From Alphaproteobacteria bacterium (GTDB taxonomy: Bacteria > Pseudomonadota > Alphaproteobacteria > UBA8366), in NCBI GenBank assembly GCA_965228695.1, contig CBDDIB010000002.1, forward strand, positions 3,417,089-3,481,088: a stretch of 64,000 nt of DNA. The letters run 5' to 3'. The notes beneath the pieces were generated by a model, which did no database searches, was not told where the DNA came from, and saw nothing but the letters and a program-made list of their open reading frames with translations. Below, one piece after another: positions 56,179 through 64,000 of this stretch. Position numbers and translations under genes: made by a program. Position 1 is the stretch's first letter, and the number at the start of each line of letters is the position of its first letter.

Positions 56179-56309
56179 TCCGTAGTGCAGGCTTGCGAGC
56201 TTTCGGCAGTTAAAAGGCGGGACGTCAATTTTGGCGGCGTTAACCATGTATTCATTCCTATCCCCTATCATGCGAGCATTACATGACGCACTAAATTCGA
56301 CCTAAATAA

Positions 56310-56340
56310 GCCCCGCATCTCTCCCTGCGGGGCTTTTTTT
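56310..56340 (+). terminator. Rho-independent terminator
   Basis: Stem GCCCCGCA/TGCGGGGC with an 8-nt loop, followed by TTTTTTT. It lies 130 nt after the zinc-ribbon stop. Confidence 0.8.
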
Positions 56341-56473
56341 GTTATTTTTCAATAAATTGCACGAATGTCCCCAAGCCTAGTCCCTTCGGACTAGTCCGTC
56401 GGCATGCTAGGCCAAAACCGCATAACCGCTACGCTTTCCTTTCGAGATTTCACTCGGAACAGGAGCGCTTGGC

Positions 56474-56608
56474 ATGTTCAAAAACGCCGTCGAACAATCC
56501 GATACCGCCGATTGGGACGCCGCCCAGTCCAGCGAAATGCTGATCGGCACGGTCGTCCTCGTCGCGTGCTTCGCCGTCGTTTGCCTATTCATGATCGCCG
56601 CCCTCTAG
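56474..56608 (+). CDS. Candidate 44-aa tail-anchored membrane peptide, below the ORF-track cut-off
   Basis: MFKNAVEQSDTADWDAAQSSEMLIGTVVLVACFAVVCLFMIAAL. AGGAG lies 8 nt upstream of the ATG. Confidence 0.4.
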   Translation: MFKNAVEQSDTADWDAAQSSEMLIGTVVLVACFAVVCLFMIAAL

Positions 56609-56724
56609 CGGCCGGCCCGGCCCGTACTGACGCGCCGGGTATTTCCGACGCGCTGGGTATTTCCCCCGCTTGCGGAAAGCGGCCCCCGCGGCAGACGGCA
56701 AAACGCCTATCGCGGGGACGTCCC

Positions 56725-57174
56725 TCACGCCGCCGGGCTCGGACGCTTGAAGATCGCGGCGACGACCGGTTCCCGATCCGTTACCGCATAAGCGCCGCCG
56801 CCGAGCAATGCTTGAACCGCGGCGGTCAGCGTCAGAAACATCGGATACTCCCAACCGCCGCCTTCGGCCGAGAACACCCAGCCATTTCCGGAATGCGCCC
56901 AGGTCGCGCCGAGAAGGACCGGAATGAGCAGTGCTGCGACCGTCCGGGTCTGAAAGCCGAGGATCAACGCCAGTCCGCCGGCCGTTTCGGCGGCGAAGAC
57001 GAGATAGGCGGTTTCCGGAGGCAATCCCAAAGAGCCGAAATACTGCGCGGTACCGGGCAGGGTAAAGACGAACAGCTTGAGATAGACGCTGTGCGCGAGA
57101 AACATCACACCGAGTGAAAGGCGGAGGAGCAGGGCCGCATACGGGGCCGTGCGGGTATCGATTGTCGTGTTCAT
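56725..57174 (-). CDS. DoxX-family membrane protein
   Basis: 149 aa from the ATG at 57174, behind GAGGAGA. DoxX pattern (LLLRLSLGVMFLAHS..K...F...G...YF.SLGLP). Confidence 0.85.
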   Translation of the reverse strand: MNTTIDTRTAPYAALLLRLSLGVMFLAHSVYLKLFVFTLPGTAQYFGSLGLPPETAYLVFAAETAGGLALILGFQTRTVAALLIPVLLGATWAHSGNGWVFSAEGGGWEYPMFLTLTAAVQALLGGGAYAVTDREPVVAAIFKRPSPAA

Positions 57175-57337
57175 TGGATTTCTCCTCGGACCGTTTGGTT
57201 GGTTGCAATTGTTTGTTGAGGAGAAAGATATCTGTTTTTTCTCGCCTATGAATTCACCAAAATACAATATTTAATTTGCAAATATGCACAACTTGATCAT
57301 ACGGTGTTGCCATTGGGATCGATAGGACATTCGAATT

Positions 57338-58228
57338 ATGGACTGGGATGATTTGAGGATTTTCCTCGCGGTTGCGCGGGAAGGATCCTTGTCCGGCGCG
57401 GCCCGGACGCTTGGCGTCAATCACTCAACCGTTTTCCGCCGGATCAGAGGATTCGAAGACCGGATCGGCGTGCGCCTGTTCGACCGAATGCCATCAGGCT
57501 ACGCGTTGACTGTCGCCGGCAGCGAAATGCAGGAAACAGCCGAACGGGTCGAGCGGGAGGTCGAAGCGCTTGACCGCCAGATCGCGGGGCAAGATCTTCG
57601 ACTGAGCGGCGACATCGTCGTCACGACCACCGATACCATGGCCTGCCAATTTCTCGGACCGCATTTGAAAGCGTTCTGCGATGCGTTTCCGGGCATCAAT
57701 GTCGACCTCGTGCTCGACAGCCAGTTCTACAATCTGTCTAAGCGGCAAGCGGACATCGCCATCCGGCCGACACTTTCGCCGCCGGAAACGCTCGTGGGGC
57801 GGCGCCTTTGCGCGGTGGCGTTTGCCTGTTACGCCGCGACGTCCTATCTCGCCACCGTCAATCCGGGCGCTGATTTGGAGACGCATCGCTGGCTCGCCCT
57901 AGACGAAAGTCTGGCGCATCTCGCGGCGGTCAAATGGCAGCGCGGGATCGAGGGGGCGGAGACCGTTCAGGTCCGGTCCAACAACCTGCTCGGGCTGCTG
58001 GGCGCGGCCAAGGCGGGATTGGGGGTCGCCACGCTGCCCTGCTTCATGGGTGATCCGGAGCCTGAATTGGAGCGGATCACCGCGCCGGATCCGGAGATCG
58101 CCTCGGCATTATGGTTGCTGACCCATCAAGACTTGCGGACCACCGCGCGCGTGCGCGCTTTCCTGGACTTCATGGCACGATCCCTGGCGTCCGACATAGA
58201 TCTGCTGGAAGGCACGCGCGGCGGTTAG
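57338..58228 (+). CDS. LysR-family transcriptional regulator
   Basis: HTH MDWDDLRIFLAVAREGSLSGAARTLGVNHSTVFRRI. Divergent from the DoxX gene. Confidence 0.9.
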   Translation: MDWDDLRIFLAVAREGSLSGAARTLGVNHSTVFRRIRGFEDRIGVRLFDRMPSGYALTVAGSEMQETAERVEREVEALDRQIAGQDLRLSGDIVVTTTDTMACQFLGPHLKAFCDAFPGINVDLVLDSQFYNLSKRQADIAIRPTLSPPETLVGRRLCAVAFACYAATSYLATVNPGADLETHRWLALDESLAHLAAVKWQRGIEGAETVQVRSNNLLGLLGAAKAGLGVATLPCFMGDPEPELERITAPDPEIASALWLLTHQDLRTTARVRAFLDFMARSLASDIDLLEGTRGG

Positions 58229-58734
58229 CCCATAGCGGCGATCCGCGCTTGATTCTCCAACGTTAGCGCGCAGGCGCGGGCCGCTTCGGCGCCCTTCACC
58301 TTGAAATGCTCGATGAAGAACTGCGCGTGCTCGCCATGCTCGTGAAAGTGATGCGGCGTCAGAACGACCGAGAGAATCGGAACCTCTGTTTCCAGTTGAA
58401 CCTGCATCATGCCGTCGATGACGGATTTGGCGACGAAGTCATGACGATAGATGCCTCCGTCCACCACCAGTCCCGCTGCGACGATGACCGAGTAGCGGCC
58501 GGTCTTCGCGAGCTGTTTGGCTTGAAGCGGGATTTCCAGGCTGCCGGGAACGTCGACGGTGTCCACGGCAAGCGTTCCGACGCCCAGTTCCTCGAGAGTT
58601 TCGATGAAGGAAACGCAGGCTTGATCGACGATTTCCTTGTGCCAACAGGCGCGGATAATAGCGATCCGGTGCGCCCCGCCGGATGGCGGCGCGGCGCGGT
58701 CGTTGGTGTTGTCGGTCGTGAGTATCTGATTCAT
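58225..58734 (-). CDS. ribH: 6,7-dimethyl-8-ribityllumazine synthase, type II (RibH2-like)
   Basis: 169 aa with lumazine synthase core blocks (RIAIIRACWHKEIV, VPGSLEIP, AAGLVVDGGIYRH.FVA, VLTPHHFHE). It sits directly downstream of an FMN riboswitch. Confidence 0.9.
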   Translation of the reverse strand: MNQILTTDNTNDRAAPPSGGAHRIAIIRACWHKEIVDQACVSFIETLEELGVGTLAVDTVDVPGSLEIPLQAKQLAKTGRYSVIVAAGLVVDGGIYRHDFVAKSVIDGMMQVQLETEVPILSVVLTPHHFHEHGEHAQFFIEHFKVKGAEAARACALTLENQARIAAMG

Positions 58735-58819
58735 GGTTTTTCCCTAAATATCGAGACCAGAATCAGGGCGTGAAGGACGCGGTGGTCGGCGGCATTCGGG
58801 CCGCAAAGCCGATACTGTC

Positions 58820-58968
58820 CCATTCTCTTCCATCCGGACTTTAACCGTCGGCTTCGGAATCTCACCGAATCTGCTGACCTCGACAATCGAACCGCCGAGC
58901 GCTCGCGGGCTGATGCGCCGGAACGCAATCACCGCCGGTGGGGAATTCCACCCCGCCCCGAGAACGTG
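58820..58968 (-). promoter_or_regulatory. FMN riboswitch (RFN element) aptamer
   Basis: The minus strand reads ...UUCUCGGGGCGGGGUGGAAUUCCCCACCGGCGGUGA...AGCCCGCGAGCGC...GGUCAGCAGAUUCGGUGAGAUUCCGAAGCCGACGGUUAAAGUCCGGAUGGAAGAGAA. This matches the conserved RFN core blocks. Confidence 0.9.
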
Positions 58969-59084
58969 CACGGCCGGTCGTCTGAAACCGTCCGTCCACG
59001 CAATATAGGGCGTCGGCAAGGTGCAGGCAAAATCGTATGATGACGGCTGGCGCAACAACCAATTGGATCCGCGGCGGCGGGCGC

Positions 59085-60470
59085 ATGACGTTGGATCGGG
59101 AGGCTCTCGAGGACATTTACAATCGCGTGCCGATCTGTTTTCAGAACGGCGCGCTGAGTGCATACGGCCTGTACACGCGGCTCACACGGTACAACAAGAC
59201 ATTCTTTCGGCAGCTCGACACACTCCGCGGTCGGGATGCGTGGAGCCCGGAGCAGACGGCGGCGCATCGCGACGATCGCGTCCGCCGTTTCATCCGGCAT
59301 TGCGCGGATACCGTTCCGTACTATCGCGATCTGTACCGGGATTTGAAAGTCGATCCTCGGGACATCACGGGGCTTGATGCGCTGGCGCAGTTACCCACTC
59401 TCGACCGGTCGACGGTCCGGGACCGGTGGCGGGAATTCTTATCGGAGGCATTTCCGGCCTCCGCCCGACAGGTGAAGTTCACGAGCGGAACGACCGGTGC
59501 CGGGCTTCGGTATGTTTCGACGCTCGCCTCGACCCGCGAACAGTGGGCGATCTGGTGGCGCTTCCGCTATGCCCATGGCATCGAATTCGGCACCGAGTGC
59601 GCCATGTTCCGCAGCGCCCTGCTGGTGCCGTTGGACCGCGCCGAGCCGCCGTTCTGGCGGCGCAACCACGCGACGAACGAGACATTCTTCAGCGGGAACC
59701 ACATGAGTCCCCGCTATCTGCCCTTTTACGTGGAGGAAATGAACCGACGCCAAATACCGTGGATCTATGGATTTGGATCGACGGTGACGACACTCGCATC
59801 CTTCATTCTCGAGACCGGGCACCGTCTCGATTATCCCGTTCGTTGGGTCACCTTGGGGTCCGAACAGGTCTATCCCCATCAAATCGAGAAGATCGAGGCC
59901 GCATTCGGTGTTCGGCCGCTACAGATCTATGGCATGACCGAAGCCGTTGCCAACATTTCCGAAGCCCCGGACGGCAACTTATACGTGGACGAGGATTTCG
60001 CCGCCGCCGAATTCCTGCCGACAGACGACGCAGGCGTTTGCGAGGTCGTCGGTACCAATTTGAGCAATCCGATCTTCCCGCTCGTGCGGTATCGCGTCGG
60101 CGACCTTGCCGCGCCGGCCGGCGGCCGGGGCGCCAATGGCCGGCGGATCGTATCCCGGCTCGAAGGCCGTAGCGACGACTACGTCATCCGGCCCGACGGA
60201 TCGCGTCTCGGGCGGCTCGATGTCCTATTTCGCCGTATGGTGAATATCCGCGAGGCGCAGATACTTCAGCAGCGTACTGGAGAGGTTCGCCTCCGGGTGG
60301 CGAGAGGAAAGGCCTACACGGCGGCCGACGAAACGGCTCTGCTGTCGGTTGCGCGCAAGCACATCGGCGGCGACATGAAAATCTCGGTGGATTATGTCGA
60401 TGCCATCGAACGAACGCCGTCCGGAAAACTCCTGCATGTCCGGTCGGAAATGGCGGGCGGGCAGCTCTAG
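59085..60470 (+). CDS. Phenylacetate-CoA ligase-like / F390-synthetase-family adenylate-forming enzyme
   Basis: FTSGTTG AMP-binding motif and PaaK/CapK-like organisation. I prefer the ATG at 59085. The track ORF starts at 59037. Confidence 0.8.
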   Translation: MTLDREALEDIYNRVPICFQNGALSAYGLYTRLTRYNKTFFRQLDTLRGRDAWSPEQTAAHRDDRVRRFIRHCADTVPYYRDLYRDLKVDPRDITGLDALAQLPTLDRSTVRDRWREFLSEAFPASARQVKFTSGTTGAGLRYVSTLASTREQWAIWWRFRYAHGIEFGTECAMFRSALLVPLDRAEPPFWRRNHATNETFFSGNHMSPRYLPFYVEEMNRRQIPWIYGFGSTVTTLASFILETGHRLDYPVRWVTLGSEQVYPHQIEKIEAAFGVRPLQIYGMTEAVANISEAPDGNLYVDEDFAAAEFLPTDDAGVCEVVGTNLSNPIFPLVRYRVGDLAAPAGGRGANGRRIVSRLEGRSDDYVIRPDGSRLGRLDVLFRRMVNIREAQILQQRTGEVRLRVARGKAYTAADETALLSVARKHIGGDMKISVDYVDAIERTPSGKLLHVRSEMAGGQL

Positions 60471-61153
60471 CGCCGTTCGGCCTCGTCGGCGAAAATCTCC
60501 GCGCCATATCGCAAGAAGCCGTTCACATGCTCGTAGAAAAATGTGACGCCGAGCGACGCATAGCGCTGAACATTGTCCCGATCGACCATGATGCCCGGGT
60601 TCCGGCCGCCCGCCCGGATTCGGGCGATCGACTCGTCCATGACGTCTTGCATCGGCTGGCATCGGTAGTCGCCGCCATGCCCGAGGCTCTTGGACAGGTC
60701 GACCGGACCGATGAAGTAAGCGTCGATCCCCGCCAAGGCGAGGAGCGCATCCAGATTATCCAACGCCTCGCTGCTTTCGATCTGAATGATGAGAACCTTA
60801 TCGCCATGATCGTCGGGATAGCAGTATTTCACGGCGTCGATCATGCGCTGCGCCTGGTCCGGCGTATCGATCCGGGGCACCACGATGCCGTCCACTTTGC
60901 GGAACAAGGTCCGCTCGACGAGCCACGGCTCCGGCTGATAGATCCGGACCAGGGAGGTTAGGCCGGTCAGACGGGCAGCCCGCGCCATGTCTTCGACGGC
61001 GAGGAAATCGGGCGCCCCTTGCTCGCAATCGATGAAGACGGCGTGCACGGGCAGGGCGCCCAGCACCTCGACCAGGCTCGGCGACACGTGATCGACATTC
61101 ACCACGGTCACCGGCTTGCCGGCCGCGAGACGCTGTTTCAAGGGATTGCTCAT
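60467..61153 (-). CDS. HpcH/HpaI-family aldolase
   Basis: 228 aa with the class II aldolase TIM-barrel pattern (FIDCEQG, VRI, IIQIES, IGPVDLS). Confidence 0.85.
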   Translation of the reverse strand: MSNPLKQRLAAGKPVTVVNVDHVSPSLVEVLGALPVHAVFIDCEQGAPDFLAVEDMARAARLTGLTSLVRIYQPEPWLVERTLFRKVDGIVVPRIDTPDQAQRMIDAVKYCYPDDHGDKVLIIQIESSEALDNLDALLALAGIDAYFIGPVDLSKSLGHGGDYRCQPMQDVMDESIARIRAGGRNPGIMVDRDNVQRYASLGVTFFYEHVNGFLRYGAEIFADEAERR

Positions 61154-61170
61154 GATCCTTGGTCGGTCCG

Positions 61171-62019
61171 CTACTCGTCGATGATCGGATTCCGCAATAC
61201 GCCGATCTGCGACACTTCGACTTCGATCGTATCACCGGCCTTCATCCAAACTGGCGGCGTGCGGTACGCGCCCACGCCGCTGGTCGTACCGGTGGAAATG
61301 ACATCGCCCGGCACCAGTTCGGTGAAGGTACTGATGTATTCCACGAGCGTCGGCACGTCGAAGATCAGGTCGTCCAGCGTGCCTTGCTGCATGACTTCGC
61401 CGTTTAGACGCGTTTGAATGCTCAGGACGCTTGGATCGGGGATTTCATCGGTGGTGACGAGCCAGGGACCGAACCCGCCCGTGCCGACGAAATTCTTGCC
61501 CGGGAGATACTGCGTCGTATGGCGTTGCCATTCCCGGATACTGCCGTCGTTGTAGCAGGAGTATCCCGCGACATAATCATAGGCATCCGCCTTCTTCACG
61601 TGGCGTCCCGTCTTGCCGACGATGAACGCGAACTCGCCTTCGAAATCGAACGTTTCCGACACCATCGGCCGAACCATCGGCTGGGCATGGCCGACTTGGG
61701 TATTGCTATAGCGGGGAAACAGGCTCGGAAACTCGGGCAACTTGTTGCCGCCTTCCGCTGCGTGCGAGGCGTAGTTGAGCCCGACACAGATGATCTTTTC
61801 CGGATCGGGGATCAGCGGCAGAAGGGTGACATCGTCGAGCGCGGCGTCGGCGGCCCGGCCTTCAGCATGGGCCCGCGCGGCGCCCAGCGCATCATTTGCC
61901 AAGATCTGCCGAAGCGTGTTGCCCTTAACGCCGTCGGCGCGCCCGACGTTGATCACGCCGTCGCCATCCACGACACCGACTGTATCGCCCTGGTTATCGC
62001 GGTAACTGATGAGTTTCAT
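61171..62019 (-). CDS. Fumarylacetoacetate hydrolase (FAH) family protein
   Basis: C-terminal FAH domain pattern (KIICVGLNY..H......P..P.LF.......D.EGE.A.VIG...). Confidence 0.9.
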   Translation of the reverse strand: MKLISYRDNQGDTVGVVDGDGVINVGRADGVKGNTLRQILANDALGAARAHAEGRAADAALDDVTLLPLIPDPEKIICVGLNYASHAAEGGNKLPEFPSLFPRYSNTQVGHAQPMVRPMVSETFDFEGEFAFIVGKTGRHVKKADAYDYVAGYSCYNDGSIREWQRHTTQYLPGKNFVGTGGFGPWLVTTDEIPDPSVLSIQTRLNGEVMQQGTLDDLIFDVPTLVEYISTFTELVPGDVISTGTTSGVGAYRTPPVWMKAGDTIEVEVSQIGVLRNPIIDE

Positions 62020-62233
62020 GAATTCGTCCTCCCTGTGCTCCGCATGATGCCCGAGGACGACCGGACAGGCAAAGCCTGCGCCGCGCGCGGCGGAAACAAT
62101 TGAAACAATTCGATCCGAATCCAGAAATTGGCGGGAAACAGCCTGCGGATAACGTGCCCGTCATTAGCGTGGCGCGACGGCAGCTTTGCCCGGACCGTCC
62201 TTGCCTTAATCTTTGTTTCTTGGAGATTCAGAT

Positions 62234-63316
62234 ATGTGTAATGCGATTGTCCCGGCGGAGGATACGCTGTCGGAGCGAATATTTCATTCGGCCATTCAGT
62301 CCCTCGAACTCTTCGGCATTTATCTCGGTAAGCGGCTTGGTCTTTACACGGTCCTGGAGAAGAAAGGTGCGATGACGCCCGGCGATCTGGCGCGGGCCGC
62401 CGGACTTCACGAGCGATATGCCCGTGAATGGCTTGAACAGCAAGCCGTGGCCGGTTTCCTGGTCGTCGAGCACGAGCATGCGGATGCAATGATGCGCCGC
62501 TACGTTTTACCCACGGAACATGCGGGCGTTCTGGCCAAGGACGACGATCCGGCGCACGTGGCCCCCTTCGCGCAAATGATCGTCGGGATCGCCGCGGCAT
62601 TGCCGGATGTCGTCGACGCGTATCGCACCGGCAACGGCGTTGCCTACGAGCGCTACGGCGTCGATTTTCGGCAGGGCCAGGGCGGAATCAATCGCCCGGC
62701 GTTCCGCCAGGATCTGGTCGACGACTGGATGCCGGCTATTCCCGATCTTCATGACTATCTCGACCGCACCGACGGTGCCCGCATCGCAGATGTCGGATGC
62801 GGAGAAGGCTGGTCCACGATCGCCCTCGATAATGCTTATCCCAATGCGACGGTCATCGGTTACGACCTGGACAAGGCATCCATCGAGGCGGCGGCCGGCC
62901 ATGCGGCATCCGTTGGATCCAATGCGGTGTTCCATCAACGCGACGCCGCCGATATGGCCGCGGATGGACCGTTCGATCTCATCCTGATCCTCGAAAGCCT
63001 GCACGACATGTCGCAGCCGACGAAGGCGCTGTCCGCGCTGCGGTCTGCGTTGACGCCGCATGGGTCGATCGTAGTCGTCGACGAGCGGGTCGCCGAGACA
63101 TTCACGGCTCCCGGCGACGATGTGGAGCGCATGATGTACGGCTGGAGCGTTTCGCACTGTTTGCCGGTCGCGATGTCTGATTCACCGTCGGAAGCGATCG
63201 GCACGGCCATTCGCCCGGAGACGGTTCGGAATTGCGCGGTAAATGCCGGGTTCACCAATGTCGAGTTCCTGCCGATCGACAACGAATTGTTCCGTTTCTA
63301 TCGGCTGCGGGCCTAG
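62234..63316 (+). CDS. Class I SAM-dependent methyltransferase with an N-terminal winged-helix domain
   Basis: SAM motif I ADVGCGEGWSTI and motif post-I GYDLD. ATG at 62234, behind TGGAGA. The track ORF (TTG) starts at 62213. Confidence 0.85.
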   Translation: MCNAIVPAEDTLSERIFHSAIQSLELFGIYLGKRLGLYTVLEKKGAMTPGDLARAAGLHERYAREWLEQQAVAGFLVVEHEHADAMMRRYVLPTEHAGVLAKDDDPAHVAPFAQMIVGIAAALPDVVDAYRTGNGVAYERYGVDFRQGQGGINRPAFRQDLVDDWMPAIPDLHDYLDRTDGARIADVGCGEGWSTIALDNAYPNATVIGYDLDKASIEAAAGHAASVGSNAVFHQRDAADMAADGPFDLILILESLHDMSQPTKALSALRSALTPHGSIVVVDERVAETFTAPGDDVERMMYGWSVSHCLPVAMSDSPSEAIGTAIRPETVRNCAVNAGFTNVEFLPIDNELFRFYRLRA

Positions 63317-63376
63317 CGCAAATACCAAATCGCCCCGGTCCGGCCTGGGATCGGGGCGATTAATTCCAGTGACCGG

Positions 63377-63505
63377 TTATCCACATCAACGGTGTAGAGA
63401 CCCTGTGGATAACGGGGATATCGTGCGATCGCCGTGAATTCGCGCAAACGCCCGCGCGTCATCGTTGTAAATCTGTGGATATTCCTGGGGATAACGCGGG
63501 GATAT
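63377..63505. promoter_or_regulatory. Cluster of DnaA-box-like 9-mers between convergent gene ends
   Basis: TTATCCACA (63377-85, perfect) and TGTGGATAA (63404-12, perfect, opposite orientation). TGTGGATAT (63474-82) and TGGGGATAA (63486-94) each have one mismatch. CGGGGATAT occurs twice (63413-21 and 63497-505) with three mismatches. Confidence 0.5.
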
Positions 63506-63537
63506 CCGGAATTCGTCATACGATGACCGCGATGATG

Positions 63538-63966
63538 TTATTTGACGACTTCTCGAATTTTCGAACCGGTGTCCTGAAGAGCGTCGCCTGCTTTCTCGGC
63601 GGCTTCCTTGCTGACTTCTTTGGTTTTTTCGCCAACGGTTTTCAACGTTTCCCCCGCCTTGCTTGCGGCGTCTTTCGATAGATCGACGGCTTTCTCGCTG
63701 GCGTCTTTCAAGGAACTGCCGGCTTTCTTCGCAGCTTCCTTGCTCGCTTCCAGTGCTTTTTCACCGGCCTCTTTCAATGCTTTGCCGGCCTCCGCGGCCG
63801 CTTCCTTGGCTTTCTCGCCGGCGGCCTTGAGTGAGGCTTGGGTCGAGGAAACCGAAGCACCGGTGGGAGTCGACGCATTGTCCTCGCCGCAGCCGGTAAT
63901 CATGAGCAATGAGGACAGAGCAATCATGGCGCCGAGCAATTTTCCAGTCAGGAATAATTTCCTCAT
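63538..63966 (-). CDS. Lipoprotein built from 11-residue Lys/Ala/Glu-rich repeats
   Basis: Lipobox MITGCG, then eight consecutive 11-mers (KAAGEKAKEAA AEAGKALKEAG EKALEASKEAA KKAGSSLKDAS EKAVDLSKDAA SKAGETLKTVG EKTKEVSKEAA EKAGDALQDTG). Confidence 0.7.
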   Translation of the reverse strand: MRKLFLTGKLLGAMIALSSLLMITGCGEDNASTPTGASVSSTQASLKAAGEKAKEAAAEAGKALKEAGEKALEASKEAAKKAGSSLKDASEKAVDLSKDAASKAGETLKTVGEKTKEVSKEAAEKAGDALQDTGSKIREVVK

Positions 63967-64000
63967 AACGGAACATCCTTTAGTCCATTGCGCCCGGATA

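Noticed and set aside
55936-56271. 111-aa minus-strand ORF overlapping the zinc-ribbon gene, which could suggest an overlapping antisense gene pair or toxin-antitoxin.
   Set aside because: It has no RBS and no recognisable motifs, and it is fully antisense to a better-supported ORF with CxxC pairs. I treat it as spurious.
63361-63537. Interpretation of the DnaA-box cluster as the chromosomal replication origin (oriC).
   Set aside because: I see no adjacent AT-rich unwinding element and no CtrA-type TTAA-N7-TTAA sites. No typical origin-flanking genes (hemE, dnaA, parAB) are in the window, and the region is only about 220 bp between two gene ends. A titration or regulatory site, or a dispersed repeat, is more plausible, and origin function cannot be supported from this window.
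1-64000. A search by eye for tRNA/rRNA genes, CRISPR repeats, IS elements, integrases, and phage or defence genes.
   Set aside because: I saw no T-loop/acceptor-like tRNA structure, no regularly spaced direct repeats, no transposase- or integrase-like ORFs, and no terminal inverted repeats. The only GGTTCGA-like strings lie in the FMN riboswitch and in a non-tRNA context near 200. A covariance-model scan (tRNAscan-SE, Infernal) would be needed for certainty.

Overview
This is a high-GC chromosomal segment that looks alphaproteobacterial (my estimate, not computed). It is densely coding on both strands. Housekeeping anchors are gyrA-coaD, malate synthase G, a class-I DAHP synthase, and a type-II lumazine synthase behind an FMN riboswitch. 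The rest is mostly accessory redox, CoA and hydrolase genes: seven SDRs, three intact luciferase-like (LLM) oxidoreductases plus one frameshifted, TetR/LysR/LuxR regulators, one Fe3+-type ABC importer and PhoD. I found no rRNA, tRNA, CRISPR array, transposase, integrase or recognisable defence or toxin genes. Many long ORFs in the track are antisense or upstream-extension artefacts of high GC, so I trimmed starts to RBS-supported codons. The most interesting signals, all unverified, are: (1) an aromatic-codon leader peptide (SYFWFFGY) with an intrinsic terminator in the 5' leader of the DAHP synthase, a candidate Tyr/Phe/Trp-sensing attenuator; (2) a lower-GC islet (about 34.65-36.8 kb) with two tandem paralogous small helical proteins behind shared GTGAT-N4-ATCAC palindromes, next to a LuxR-type regulator whose receiver domain has lost every phosphorylation residue; (3) a translationally coupled pair, a polytopic coiled-coil membrane protein plus a vWA lipoprotein, behind an AT-rich repeat-laden control region; (4) a cluster of six DnaA-box-like 9-mers between two convergent gene ends; (5) an HMG-CoA-synthase-like domain (nucleophile Cys apparently replaced by Gln) fused to DUF35, next to an SCP-x-type thiolase; (6) tandem cyclase-family paralogs with altered metal motifs; and (7) a PhnZ-family HD oxygenase operon lacking PhnY. 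No single gene set can be called a new system from sequence alone.
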